A DNA stretch of 26,231 nucleotides. It comes from a virus (taxonomy: Duplodnaviria; Caudoviricetes). The translations under genes were made by a program, and so were the position numbers. Positions 9,976 through 17,145 of this stretch are shown piece by piece. The notes beneath the pieces are model-generated. The model saw only the letters and a list, made by a program, of their open reading frames with translations. It was not told the origin of the DNA and searched no databases. The stretch spans positions 1 through 26,231 of IMG/VR virus record IMGVR_UViG_3300032247_001283; one strand, 5' to 3'. Each line of letters starts with the position of its first letter. The stretch's first letter is position 1.

Positions 9976-10566
9976 ATGAAGATCGACGACGAGCACAGAA
10001 GATGCAGCGTTTGTTTGAGTGTGCTCCCGCTCGACAGGTTCTACCTGTCTGCGGACAGAAGCAGAAAGTCCAACAAAAACTTTAGCTCCAAGTGCAAGGA
10101 CTGCTACTGCGCGGCAAGGCGACTTTCTTGGGAGGCCAAGAAGGGGACACCTTTCGATGTCCCTCTGGCCGCTTACCTCAACCATATCTTCCTCAAGGCT
10201 GGGTATCGAAGGAAGGTCTCGTTCACACGCGACGACCTTTACGACCTTTGGGTTAAGCAGAAAGGCCTATGCGCCTTGACCGGATGGGAGATGACGACCC
10301 GTCGAAACACCGGGCTTTCCAAGACCAACATATCAATAGACCGTATCGACTCTGGGCGGGGATACGAGCTAGAGAATGTCCAGCTCGTATGCGCTGCGGC
10401 AAATAAAGCCAAGTGGGATTTACCTGAAGACGAGTTCCTTGCGTTGTGCAAAGCTGTAATAAACAAACGGGGTGTTAGCCATGGCCGACGAGAACCTTCC
10501 TCCGGACACACAGAAGCAGAACGTAGTGAAACTGAGACCCTCTCGGGAAGCTCCGACAAAGAATGA
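9976..10566 (+). CDS. HNH-like endonuclease with N-terminal zinc finger
   Basis: CxxC...CxxC; Q.GLCALTG; SIDRIDS..GY..ENVQLVC...N..K. Confidence 0.8.
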   Translation: MKIDDEHRRCSVCLSVLPLDRFYLSADRSRKSNKNFSSKCKDCYCAARRLSWEAKKGTPFDVPLAAYLNHIFLKAGYRRKVSFTRDDLYDLWVKQKGLCALTGWEMTTRRNTGLSKTNISIDRIDSGRGYELENVQLVCAAANKAKWDLPEDEFLALCKAVINKRGVSHGRREPSSGHTEAERSETETLSGSSDKE

Positions 10567-10756
10567 AGACGCTCCTATGACCGACAGGATGCTTCAGGAG
10601 GCCATCGGCAAGCTGTCTGGGGTCATCATCCTCGGGTACACGGCAGAGACGGACGAGATGGAATATTTTGCCACGTCAATGGACGACTGCGCAGAGATCG
10701 TCTGGCTGATGGAACGGTTCAAGCACCATCTTCTTTCCGAAACAGACGGCCTCTGA
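10481..10756 (+). CDS. Hypothetical phage protein
   Basis: ATG at 10481 (MADEN...); NVVKL and VIILGY...YFATS...WLMER patterns; overlaps the HNH tail. Confidence 0.65.
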   Translation: MADENLPPDTQKQNVVKLRPSREAPTKNEDAPMTDRMLQEAIGKLSGVIILGYTAETDEMEYFATSMDDCAEIVWLMERFKHHLLSETDGL

Positions 10757-11027
10757 TCAAAGCCTTGTCTGACGGATCCATGTAATACCCCTCGCCATAC
10801 TGGGAGTGGACGACATACCCCTGCTTGAGCAGTCTCGACCGTAGCCTATAGACTACCATCCGGTCCGCGTTGTGGTATTGGCGCGTCCCGTAATAGGTTG
10901 AGATCAAATCGGATAGGTCGTCCTTACGCACACGGTTCTTCTCCAATAGCAAAAGGAGAAGCTTCGCCAATTGCGTTGGCAAACCCAAAATCCGTTTGAT
11001 CTCAAGGAGTTGTTCGCTCTCAGTCAT
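10719..11027 (-). CDS. Stand-alone OmpR/PhoB-type (CtrA-like) winged-helix DNA-binding protein
   Basis: GLPTQLAKLLLLLL...RMVVYRLRSRL...VHSQYGEGYYM fits the Trans_reg_C pattern; no receiver domain; ATG at 11027 preferred over TTG at 11054. Confidence 0.7.
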   Translation of the reverse strand: MTESEQLLEIKRILGLPTQLAKLLLLLLEKNRVRKDDLSDLISTYYGTRQYHNADRMVVYRLRSRLLKQGYVVHSQYGEGYYMDPSDKALIRGRLFRKEDGA

Positions 11028-11031
11028 GGTG

Positions 11032-11061
11032 ACATTATTGACAATTATTTTCAATTGTCAA
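11032..11061 (-). promoter_or_regulatory. Sigma70 promoter with overlapping palindromic operator
   Basis: TTGACA-18 nt-TAATGT on the minus strand; perfect inverted repeat TTGACAATT-N6-AATTGTCAA at 11038-11061. Confidence 0.65.
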
Positions 11062-11297
11062 CGATTTACCTCATTCTCAAGGCGAGCAACGTCGTTTTCC
11101 AAGTCTTCGAGTGCGTCGTCTTGGCTGCGGATTGTCTCTTTCAGCTCCCTGATTTCAAACTCTTGGTCCTCCAATACAAGGAGCATCCGGTAGATCAGCT
11201 TGTCTGGATGCAGGCGGTCGAGCTTGCGAAGGTAGACAGGCTGCTTGCTCTCCAGATACTCTTCAAGGTCGTGGATCAGGTCATCGGCATCAACCAT
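11058..11297 (-). CDS. Hypothetical coiled-coil protein
   Basis: ATG at 11297 after a GAGGAG RBS; heptad-rich C-terminus. Confidence 0.7.
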   Translation of the reverse strand: MVDADDLIHDLEEYLESKQPVYLRKLDRLHPDKLIYRMLLVLEDQEFEIRELKETIRSQDDALEDLENDVARLENEVNR

Positions 11298-11580
11298 CTT
11301 TCTTCTCCTCATAGATGTTCAGGCATTTACGAACCGCCTCTTTGGCCGCTGCCTTCAGCGTTTCATCGGCCATGAACAGGCGCTTAAGCTCCTCGAACTG
11401 TGGACCTTGGGTCCACTTACCCCGATACCGATCCCCGTGGGTGTTCAGGATGCCCTGAAACTCTTTCGGAAACCACTCGTCTATCGTGTTGTAATAGACG
11501 TACACGTCCCCGAAAAAAGATACGCTCGGGCCGGAGAACTCGACCTCTCCAAGGTGCGTGAAATCAAATAGGCTCGTCAT
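11290..11580 (-). CDS. Hypothetical protein
   Basis: RBS present; overlaps both neighbours in a coupled operon. Confidence 0.7.
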   Translation of the reverse strand: MTSLFDFTHLGEVEFSGPSVSFFGDVYVYYNTIDEWFPKEFQGILNTHGDRYRGKWTQGPQFEELKRLFMADETLKAAAKEAVRKCLNIYEEKKDG

Positions 11581-11797
11581 CCTTCTTCCCCTTCTTTATG
11601 TAGACAATCCCATAATGCTCCTCGCAGTAAGGCCTGTCTGCTCGTACCGCTGTGTGGCCGCAGAAGATACGAAACCCTGTCAGGGTGACATAGTCTGTCA
11701 CCCATCGACACTCCATCGGACCTACATTCATCACGGTCCTGAATGGTTTACGCAGAACATTTACTGGGGACTCCTCACGCCGCTCTAGGTGGGACAT
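11564..11797 (-). CDS. GcrA C-terminal-domain-like protein
   Basis: CRW...FCG......PYCEEH...VY signature; own RBS GGGAGAAGG; no N-terminal HTH. Confidence 0.75.
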   Translation of the reverse strand: MSHLERREESPVNVLRKPFRTVMNVGPMECRWVTDYVTLTGFRIFCGHTAVRADRPYCEEHYGIVYIKKGKKDDEPI

Positions 11798-11820
11798 GTC
11801 CTTCTCCCGATTGATGCAAT

Positions 11821-11867
11821 CTTTAACAGCGGGGCTCCATGTTAAAGGGAACCCCGCTATCCTTTAA
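11821..11867. other. Interlocked inverted repeats in the leader of the GcrA-like gene
   Basis: AGCGGGGCTCC/GGAACCCCGCT and CTTTAACA/TGTTAAAG overlap each other. Confidence 0.6.
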
Positions 11868-11874
11868 TGACAGG

Positions 11875-12276
11875 TTACTTCTTCAGAAGCTGTTCCATAT
11901 CGTCTTCCATTTTCTTCAGCAAGAACTCGGGAGCCTTCAGCGGCTCGTCGTTTTCCTGCGGACGGATCGAGACAGGAAGCTTGGCGAACGGAACCTCGGG
12001 CTGCTTTGCCCCGCCTGCCTGATCTTCCAGCTCGCGGATGACGAGGCTGGCGTAGCCAGAGATGTCGCGCCAGTGATCGATCTCGTTGAAGTCGCCGTTC
12101 AGAATGCGCGAAATCTTCGTGCACATTTCCTCCAGAGACTGCGCTTGGTAGAAGTCGAGGCGGTTCCAGTTGCGGGTATCGCGCAACAGAAGCTTCAAGG
12201 TCTGTGTGAGTTTGGTCTGCTCGCGATAGATGCCGTGTGTCTGCTCGCGGTTAGCAATGACTGTCTCAATAAGCAT
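11875..12276 (-). CDS. DUF6378-like protein
   Basis: R..THG...KISRILNGD....DHWRDISGYASL motif. Confidence 0.75.
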   Translation of the reverse strand: MLIETVIANREQTHGIYREQTKLTQTLKLLLRDTRNWNRLDFYQAQSLEEMCTKISRILNGDFNEIDHWRDISGYASLVIRELEDQAGGAKQPEVPFAKLPVSIRPQENDEPLKAPEFLLKKMEDDMEQLLKK

Positions 12277-12278
12277 GC

Positions 12279-12599
12279 TCAGTTCCCTTCTTTCTTTAGG
12301 TACGTCTTGATAGACGGCTTCAAACTCACTTCACCCTGTTCGTCATGGATGTCGTGAAGAACTACACGTTGGTCAGTGGCTTCAAAGAAAAGCCTGTCAA
12401 ACAAGGGGAAGTCGAAATCCTCTTCGAGGTATACGCCCTTGTCATCAGCGTTGCTTTGGGTCGAGAACATCGAGGCATCTATCGACAGAGCATGCAACAC
12501 GGACCATGGAACAAACGTCCAACCGTGACACTCAGTGGTATAGAAATCGAATATGTGCCTGACCTCATTGGAGTTTATGGCCTCTTTAGTTGGCAACAT
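12279..12599 (-). CDS. Hypothetical phage protein
   Basis: ATG at 12599 after GGAGGAG; HGW..V and VYLEED.D motifs. Confidence 0.7.
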   Translation of the reverse strand: MLPTKEAINSNEVRHIFDFYTTECHGWTFVPWSVLHALSIDASMFSTQSNADDKGVYLEEDFDFPLFDRLFFEATDQRVVLHDIHDEQGEVSLKPSIKTYLKKEGN

Positions 12600-12600
12600 G

Positions 12601-12849
12601 TTACTCCTCCACTGCCCAGAACCGGACGGTGTCGTTATCCTCGGTGCTCTGGATGCATTTCCAGTTCGACGGGATCTTCCCGATCTTCTGGTAGCGGGCA
12701 AAGCTTCCCCGCGCGGCCGCTGCGGACACCCGTCCGTGGACCACGAAACTGTCGCCAGCTTTCATCTGCGGCCAAGGGTACAGCGGGATGTGTCGCGAGC
12801 GTTTGACGGGTGGCGATACCCCGCTCTCAATGGTTGGTACGTCTGTCAT
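12601..12849 (-). CDS. Small putative DNA-binding phage protein
   Basis: IESGV.PP...YPW..M..GDSF.V...VRFW pattern; ATGA-coupled to the upstream gene. Confidence 0.7.
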   Translation of the reverse strand: MTDVPTIESGVSPPVKRSRHIPLYPWPQMKAGDSFVVHGRVSAAAARGSFARYQKIGKIPSNWKCIQSTEDNDTVRFWAVEE

Positions 12850-13052
12850 GTCATGCTTCCCTTCAACTGGTTCAAAATCCATTTGCGATTGTTTTGCATT
12901 GCGCGTCTGTCGGAAGGCGTATTGGGGACCGTGAACCAAATGGAATGTCCCCCGAAATCCGCGGTAACGACCCAGTGCTTTCCGTGCCGGATCGTTTTCG
13001 TCTCGCCTCCTAAGCTTTTCACATACTCACGGACTTCCTTCTCGGTCTTCAT
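12846..13052 (-). CDS. Hypothetical protein, weakly HicA-like
   Basis: GKH..V and TPSD.RA..N motifs. Confidence 0.6.
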   Translation of the reverse strand: MKTEKEVREYVKSLGGETKTIRHGKHWVVTADFGGHSIWFTVPNTPSDRRAMQNNRKWILNQLKGSMT

Positions 13053-13311
13053 GGTCTGCTTCCTCCAGAACGGCTTGGTAATATTCTTGGTCCATCAAGA
13101 ATATCGGGGTGGTTTTCCCGACGTATGCACCAACCACGTTGTACTCCATCCACTCCACGGCATCCTCGTAGGAGAAATCCTGCTCCTCCACCAAGATGCT
13201 GACGCATTTGGAATAATCGTAGACAGCCACATCGAAATTGAACTGACGACCTATGCCAAGCAAAGCCCCTTCAAAACCGACAGCAAACAGAACAGGTGCG
13301 TCATCAGTCAT
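13027..13311 (-). CDS. Hypothetical phage protein
   Basis: GFEGALLG...AVYDY.K...EDAVEW.EYN..GAYVG..TPIF. Confidence 0.8.
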   Translation of the reverse strand: MTDDAPVLFAVGFEGALLGIGRQFNFDVAVYDYSKCVSILVEEQDFSYEDAVEWMEYNVVGAYVGKTTPIFLMDQEYYQAVLEEADHEDREGSP

Positions 13312-13531
13312 CCTTCTTCTCCCCTAGTGCGATCTCCGCAATGTTGCGGCAATCAATAGACTGAGCAAGCCAACTGTCTTTATCGTTCAGTCGCGCATTG
13401 ATTCCCCGCAGCGCCGCTTCCAGATATTCAATGCGGTCGGCTGCATCGTGAAAGATATTTTGTCCATCAATTTGGTCTACACGGTTTTTCCAATCCGCAG
13501 CCAAACGCAAACGATCAACAAGATCAGCCAT
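13304..13531 (-). CDS. Hypothetical coiled-coil protein (paralog A)
   Basis: DLVDRL...AADRIEYLEAALR...ALGEKK. Confidence 0.7.
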   Translation of the reverse strand: MADLVDRLRLAADWKNRVDQIDGQNIFHDAADRIEYLEAALRGINARLNDKDSWLAQSIDCRNIAEIALGEKKDD

Positions 13532-13847
13532 CTTTCTTCTCCACATATATGGTCGCTAGGCCAAGAAGAGGGTCCGGCTTCTTCTCCCCTAGTGCGGCAC
13601 GAGCGATTGGTTGGATTTCATAAGCATTGCTGTAATCGCCATGCAGTTCAAAATCTGCAATCTCCCTCAGCGCCGCTTCCAGTTGCTCAATGCGGTCGGC
13701 GGCTTCTTTGTGCAAGACCTCGCCAAGCATTGCGTACGAAGCATTGAGACGATCAACAAGATCGTCAGGATCATCAGGCACTTCTCGCAACTCGCCTTCC
13801 TTGGCAAACTGGAACAGGTTGTTCATCACAATAAACCATCCGCTCAT
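13524..13847 (-). CDS. Hypothetical coiled-coil protein (paralog B)
   Basis: Same motifs as paralog A; start is either 13847 or 13862. Confidence 0.65.
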   Translation of the reverse strand: MSGWFIVMNNLFQFAKEGELREVPDDPDDLVDRLNASYAMLGEVLHKEAADRIEQLEAALREIADFELHGDYSNAYEIQPIARAALGEKKPDPLLGLATIYVEKKDG

Positions 13848-13858
13848 CTTCAACCCCT

Positions 13859-14005
13859 TCATCTGACAGCCAACAGCCACAGTCCAATGTTGGCAAAAGC
13901 GTATCCGGCATAAGCAATCGACAGACCGTAGTTCCCGATCCACGCTTGCTCTGCCGACACGTAGGCATAGATCAAACCCGTCAAGACAATGAGCCAGCCG
14001 CTCAT
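13859..14005 (-). CDS. Small two-TM membrane protein, 48 aa (absent from ORF track)
   Basis: Manual translation MSGWLIVLTGLIYAYVSAEQAWIGNYGLSIAYAGYAFANIGLWLLAVR; ATGA-coupled; AAGGA RBS. Confidence 0.75.
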   Translation of the reverse strand: MSGWLIVLTGLIYAYVSAEQAWIGNYGLSIAYAGYAFANIGLWLLAVR

Positions 14006-14091
14006 TGCTCATTCCTTTCGGTCAGTGCCCATCCGATCATGAACAGGATGCACACCAGACTGAACAGTGCGATGTATTCTCTATCAGTCAT
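14002..14091 (-). CDS. Small single-TM peptide, 29 aa
   Basis: MTDREYIALFSLVCILFMIGWALTERNEQ; AAGGGG RBS; TGATG coupling. Confidence 0.55.
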   Translation of the reverse strand: MTDREYIALFSLVCILFMIGWALTERNEQ

Positions 14092-14213
14092 CAGAAATCC
14101 CCTTTCCAAAGGTCGATCAACGTGCGCCACACCAGTGCGGTGAAGATGATCATCGATGCGAGAAGCATCAAAGAAATCCAGATGACCAGAAGGGTTATGA
14201 TCAGCTCGTTCAT
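14091..14213 (-). CDS. Small single-TM peptide, 40 aa (absent from ORF track)
   Basis: MNELIITLLVIWISLMLLASMIIFTALVWRTLIDLWKGDF; GGAG RBS; ATGA coupling. Confidence 0.6.
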   Translation of the reverse strand: MNELIITLLVIWISLMLLASMIIFTALVWRTLIDLWKGDF

Positions 14214-14482
14214 TGCACATCTCCGTTGAAGGTATTCAGGTCCAGCGTTCTGCGGATCAGGTCTGCGAAATAGGCTTCTTCGTTGGGTTGCTGCACACCG
14301 TAGTCGCCGTCTTCGAAGTCCTCGTAATTCTCGAAATATTCGAGAACCTCATGCGCAAGGTTTTCAAGATACTCCACGCGCTCAACGCACTTGTGCAATG
14401 CGTTGAGGAGCTTGCGCAGATCGTCCTTGCGTATGGGGTACGTGGACCATGGATCACGATTGATTTCCTCTATGTCGATCAT
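14210..14482 (-). CDS. Hypothetical protein
   Basis: AGGAG RBS; part of the coupled operon. Confidence 0.7.
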   Translation of the reverse strand: MIDIEEINRDPWSTYPIRKDDLRKLLNALHKCVERVEYLENLAHEVLEYFENYEDFEDGDYGVQQPNEEAYFADLIRRTLDLNTFNGDVQ

Positions 14483-14493
14483 CGGTCTTCTCC

Positions 14494-14703
14494 TCAGGTG
14501 CTGACTTTTTTCGGACGACCAACACGCTTCTTTGCAGGGCGACCGCGTTTCGGTTTCAGGCTGATGACCATCTCACGCAATTGGTCGCACTGCCATTCGC
14601 TGAAATCCCTCTGGTCTCTCAGCGCATCGACTTGCTCTTGCAACCGTTCGATGTCGTTGCACAAAGAGCGGATGATGGTTCCGTAGTTGCTTTCAAGGCT
14701 CAT
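14494..14703 (-). CDS. Coiled-coil protein with AT-hook-like C-terminus
   Basis: KPKRGRPAKKRVGRPKK tail. Confidence 0.65.
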   Translation of the reverse strand: MSLESNYGTIIRSLCNDIERLQEQVDALRDQRDFSEWQCDQLREMVISLKPKRGRPAKKRVGRPKKVST

Positions 14704-15098
14704 GACTTTCTCCAGCAGTAAGGTTTCTGTGCCAGCGTTGCGCGGGCTGTTGATGGTTCGTAAGAGCGGTAGCGCCCGCCGGAATAGCGCGCGCAGTCCA
14801 AGACGAGGCCTTGGTAGACCAAGAGCTGCGCCACATCCCAGCCTTCAGCCGTGTGACAGGTGGCCACCACGCGGTTGTACGTGGTGTCGCCTGTTGGCTG
14901 ACACTTGATGTAGGCGGTAGCGGCCACGATCCGGCGTAGGCCTTCCGTGGCCCGTGGACCATTGGGCTCGTTGCGTTCTTCTGCATCGATGCCGAACAGG
15001 CGCACGGATTGTTTGCCGAACCGCAGGGTGTCGCCATCGACAACGTATGGCGTTCCTTGCAACACGGCACACAGGGAGAGGGTGGCGCAGATACTCAT
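14700..15098 (-). CDS. Thermonuclease (SNase-like) family protein
   Basis: VVDGDTL, VRLFGIDAEE, C...D.TYNRVVATC, LV.QGL....RYSGGRY. Confidence 0.88.
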   Translation of the reverse strand: MSICATLSLCAVLQGTPYVVDGDTLRFGKQSVRLFGIDAEERNEPNGPRATEGLRRIVAATAYIKCQPTGDTTYNRVVATCHTAEGWDVAQLLVYQGLVLDCARYSGGRYRSYEPSTARATLAQKPYCWRKS

Positions 15099-15289
15099 GC
15101 CGGAACCCTCCGACGCGCTTCGATCTCGTGCACCTGACGGTGGTATGCCGTGAGGGGCAAGCGATACAAAAGGACGATCAAGACCTCATCGAGCAGGACA
15201 TCGAGACCTTCGTCATAGTCCTGCGAAACGAGGTATTCGGACAGACCGATCAGCTTTTCGGTCGAGATGTATTTGAGGGAGATGCTCAC
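15095..15289 (-). CDS. Hypothetical protein
   Basis: Coupled at both ends; GGAG RBS. Confidence 0.6.
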   Translation of the reverse strand: MSISLKYISTEKLIGLSEYLVSQDYDEGLDVLLDEVLIVLLYRLPLTAYHRQVHEIEARRRVPA

Positions 15290-15600
15290 CAGAACTCTCC
15301 CTGTTCAGCTTCCAGCTCTTCGTAGATGTAAGCCGGATCGATGCGCTCGGCGAGCTGACGCAAGACGACGGTCTTGAGCTGCATCTCACCAGAGGCGACT
15401 TCGAACGAGCTTTCGTCGTCCTCGAAGAACAGAGTGACGGACAGGTCGCTGTAGTCCACGATCTCGGGGCCTCCGCGGAAGCCCACAGATGGGTCAGGAC
15501 GGGTCAGAATGTATTGGACACAGAATGACCCCTTCGCGAGGGCCGGACGGTCCTCTACGACCACAGGGATGTCGTCGAAGTAGTAGTCGTAGAACCTCAT
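15286..15600 (-). CDS. Hypothetical acidic protein
   Basis: ATG at 15600 after GGAGG; DPSVG motif. Confidence 0.7.
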   Translation of the reverse strand: MRFYDYYFDDIPVVVEDRPALAKGSFCVQYILTRPDPSVGFRGGPEIVDYSDLSVTLFFEDDESSFEVASGEMQLKTVVLRQLAERIDPAYIYEELEAEQGEFW

Positions 15601-15785
15601 GGCTTGTCCTCCGCTTTCCGAACTTCGACCACGGACCAATCGTGGGGGAACACCTCGACGCGGTAGTCCTCTTGGTTGTCCATGTCGTAGAAGAAGCTCT
15701 CGATCTCGTCCGGATCGGTGAGGTCGGTGTCGATCTCGAAGCCGTGGAAGACGACCTCGCGCACTTCGATGTAATACTTAGGCAT
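15597..15785 (-). CDS. Small acidic hypothetical protein
   Basis: ATG at 15785 after GAGGAG (MPKYYIEV...). Confidence 0.65.
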   Translation of the reverse strand: MPKYYIEVREVVFHGFEIDTDLTDPDEIESFFYDMDNQEDYRVEVFPHDWSVVEVRKAEDKP

Positions 15786-15969
15786 CGGTGTTCTCCTCTG
15801 CGTAACCCGCCCAATGAGCGTTGACGTCGATGTCATACGTGTCGAGGTTGTCGATTTCCTCTTTGTCGTACATGTCCCAGACCTTTTCCTCGGCCTCCTC
15901 TCTTGAGGGGGCCTCGACTTCGATAATGAGCGTGTAGGTGGTGGTCATCTGGATGAGGTGCTTAGGCAT
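15778..15969 (-). CDS. Small acidic protein, DpnD/PcfM-like pattern
   Basis: MPKH.I..T.T....IEVEA.S.EEA.EKV; AAGGAG RBS. Confidence 0.65.
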   Translation of the reverse strand: MPKHLIQMTTTYTLIIEVEAPSREEAEEKVWDMYDKEEIDNLDTYDIDVNAHWAGYAEENTDA

Positions 15970-16150
15970 GTGATTGCTCCTTTCTGTCGAGCTTTTGTCG
16001 GCGGTGGCTCTCGTCGGCTACGGCCTTGCGGATGCGATCTACGATTTCGGCATCGGGGACACCCAACTGGCGATCACGGTCAATGATCAAGGCAAGCGCA
16101 AGGTCTAGGGCCATCAGTTCTGCGATGGTCTGAGCGTGGTCCTTGGTCAT
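15962..16150 (-). CDS. Hypothetical protein
   Basis: ATG at 16150 (MTKDHAQ...), ATGA-coupled. Confidence 0.6.
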   Translation of the reverse strand: MTKDHAQTIAELMALDLALALIIDRDRQLGVPDAEIVDRIRKAVADESHRRQKLDRKEQSHA

Positions 16151-16401
16151 GCCTCGTCGCTCCATGCGATGAGGCGGGTGTGACCCTCGAACAGAACAGC
16201 ATTCATGCTGTCGGTGAACCCTGCGCATTGCAGAGCGGCTTGGACGGCGTTCATGGCGTCGCACAGAATGCCGCCATTGAACCCCCAGCTATCGACCTGA
16301 TCTTCGCTGGCAGGGGCCTCGCAGACAAAGACCTCTTGAGCGGCATCAGCCGCTTCATACGAGGCATGACGGGTGGCGTTATAGAAGTGGAGGGTCATCA
16401 T
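16147..16401 (-). CDS. Hypothetical protein
   Basis: AGAAAGG RBS; within the operon. Confidence 0.65.
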   Translation of the reverse strand: MMTLHFYNATRHASYEAADAAQEVFVCEAPASEDQVDSWGFNGGILCDAMNAVQAALQCAGFTDSMNAVLFEGHTRLIAWSDEA

Positions 16402-16403
16402 GA

Positions 16404-16643
16404 TTATCGATCCTTTCTAGCGATCTCTGTGATGGTTACCGGAGCGTGGGTCTCCAGCCATACGTGCGCCCCACAGGACAGGGGCTTATCCGGTGAGTAC
16501 ACGATGCGGGACGCGCCCCCTATCTCCACGGAATGGGCATAGTCGTTCGACTTGTAGGTCTTGACGGTCAGAACAGGGTCGTTCGTACCGTTCTGCCTGT
16601 TCGCCCGCACGACGTGCTGGTTAACGTGGACAATGGTCTTCAT
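16404..16643 (-). CDS. Hypothetical phage protein
   Basis: IVHVNQH..R.N...PVLTVKTYKSN.YAH.V.I.G...VYSPDKPLSCGA.VW.ET pattern recalled as widespread in phages. Confidence 0.8.
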   Translation of the reverse strand: MKTIVHVNQHVVRANRQNGTNDPVLTVKTYKSNDYAHSVEIGGASRIVYSPDKPLSCGAHVWLETHAPVTITEIARKDR

Positions 16644-16822
16644 GAGAGGTCTTCCCCTCGCAAAGCAAAGCCGCTGCCGGACAGCAGGTTGAGCAGTTGC
16701 ACCCCGATCTCGAATATTTCGTGATCCTGATAGGGTTGCTCGTTTGCCGAGGCGTTGACCAAGTCTTTGACGAACTCAGCGCATTCAGCCAGAGCCAGTG
16801 TTTGAACAGGCGTGGGGGTCAT
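16640..16822 (-). CDS. Hypothetical protein
   Basis: ATGA-coupled; start is either 16822 or 16831. Confidence 0.6.
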   Translation of the reverse strand: MTPTPVQTLALAECAEFVKDLVNASANEQPYQDHEIFEIGVQLLNLLSGSGFALRGEDLS

Positions 16823-17040
16823 GGGGTCCACCCGTTCTCATACGATACGGAACCCGTGTAGTTGCCCTTGGCATCGTAGTTGTGGAGGTTGGGGTAGGAA
16901 CGCAGCAGCGCGGCGTAAACGTCATCGTCGTTGATGCTGCTGGCAAGGCGGCAGACTTCCAAGAAGTCGTCGCGCTCGAACGCCTCGTCAATCAGGCACA
17001 GAACGAAATAGGGGCTTTTGTAAGCAAGGCTCGTTTTCAT
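16819..17040 (-). CDS. Hypothetical protein, first gene of the leftward early operon
   Basis: ATG at 17040 after AGAAAGGA, downstream of a promoter. Confidence 0.65.
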   Translation of the reverse strand: MKTSLAYKSPYFVLCLIDEAFERDDFLEVCRLASSINDDDVYAALLRSYPNLHNYDAKGNYTGSVSYENGWTP

Positions 17041-17082
17041 GACACGTCCTTTCTGTGACGCTGCTCTGGATGAGCGGGAAGC

Positions 17083-17111
17083 AACATGGCACAGGTAGCG
17101 AAGGGTGTCAA
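17083..17111 (-). promoter_or_regulatory. Sigma70 promoter for the leftward early operon
   Basis: TTGACA-17 nt-(TGC)CATGTT. Confidence 0.6.
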
Positions 17112-17145
17112 CAGTGGGGTGTGGTCCTTGGACCATGGAGCAGAG

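Noticed and set aside
11821-11867. Self-cleaving ribozyme or known riboswitch
   Set aside because: No hammerhead, twister or preQ1 core recognisable by eye; kept only as a generic structured element
12345-13359. Long + strand ORFs (153 and 268 aa) and other antisense ORFs
   Set aside because: Shadows of well-formed, coupled opposite-strand genes, with no recognisable motifs
11290-13531. Several proteins ending in KKDG or KKDD
   Set aside because: Explained by the embedded SD and ATG of the next coupled gene
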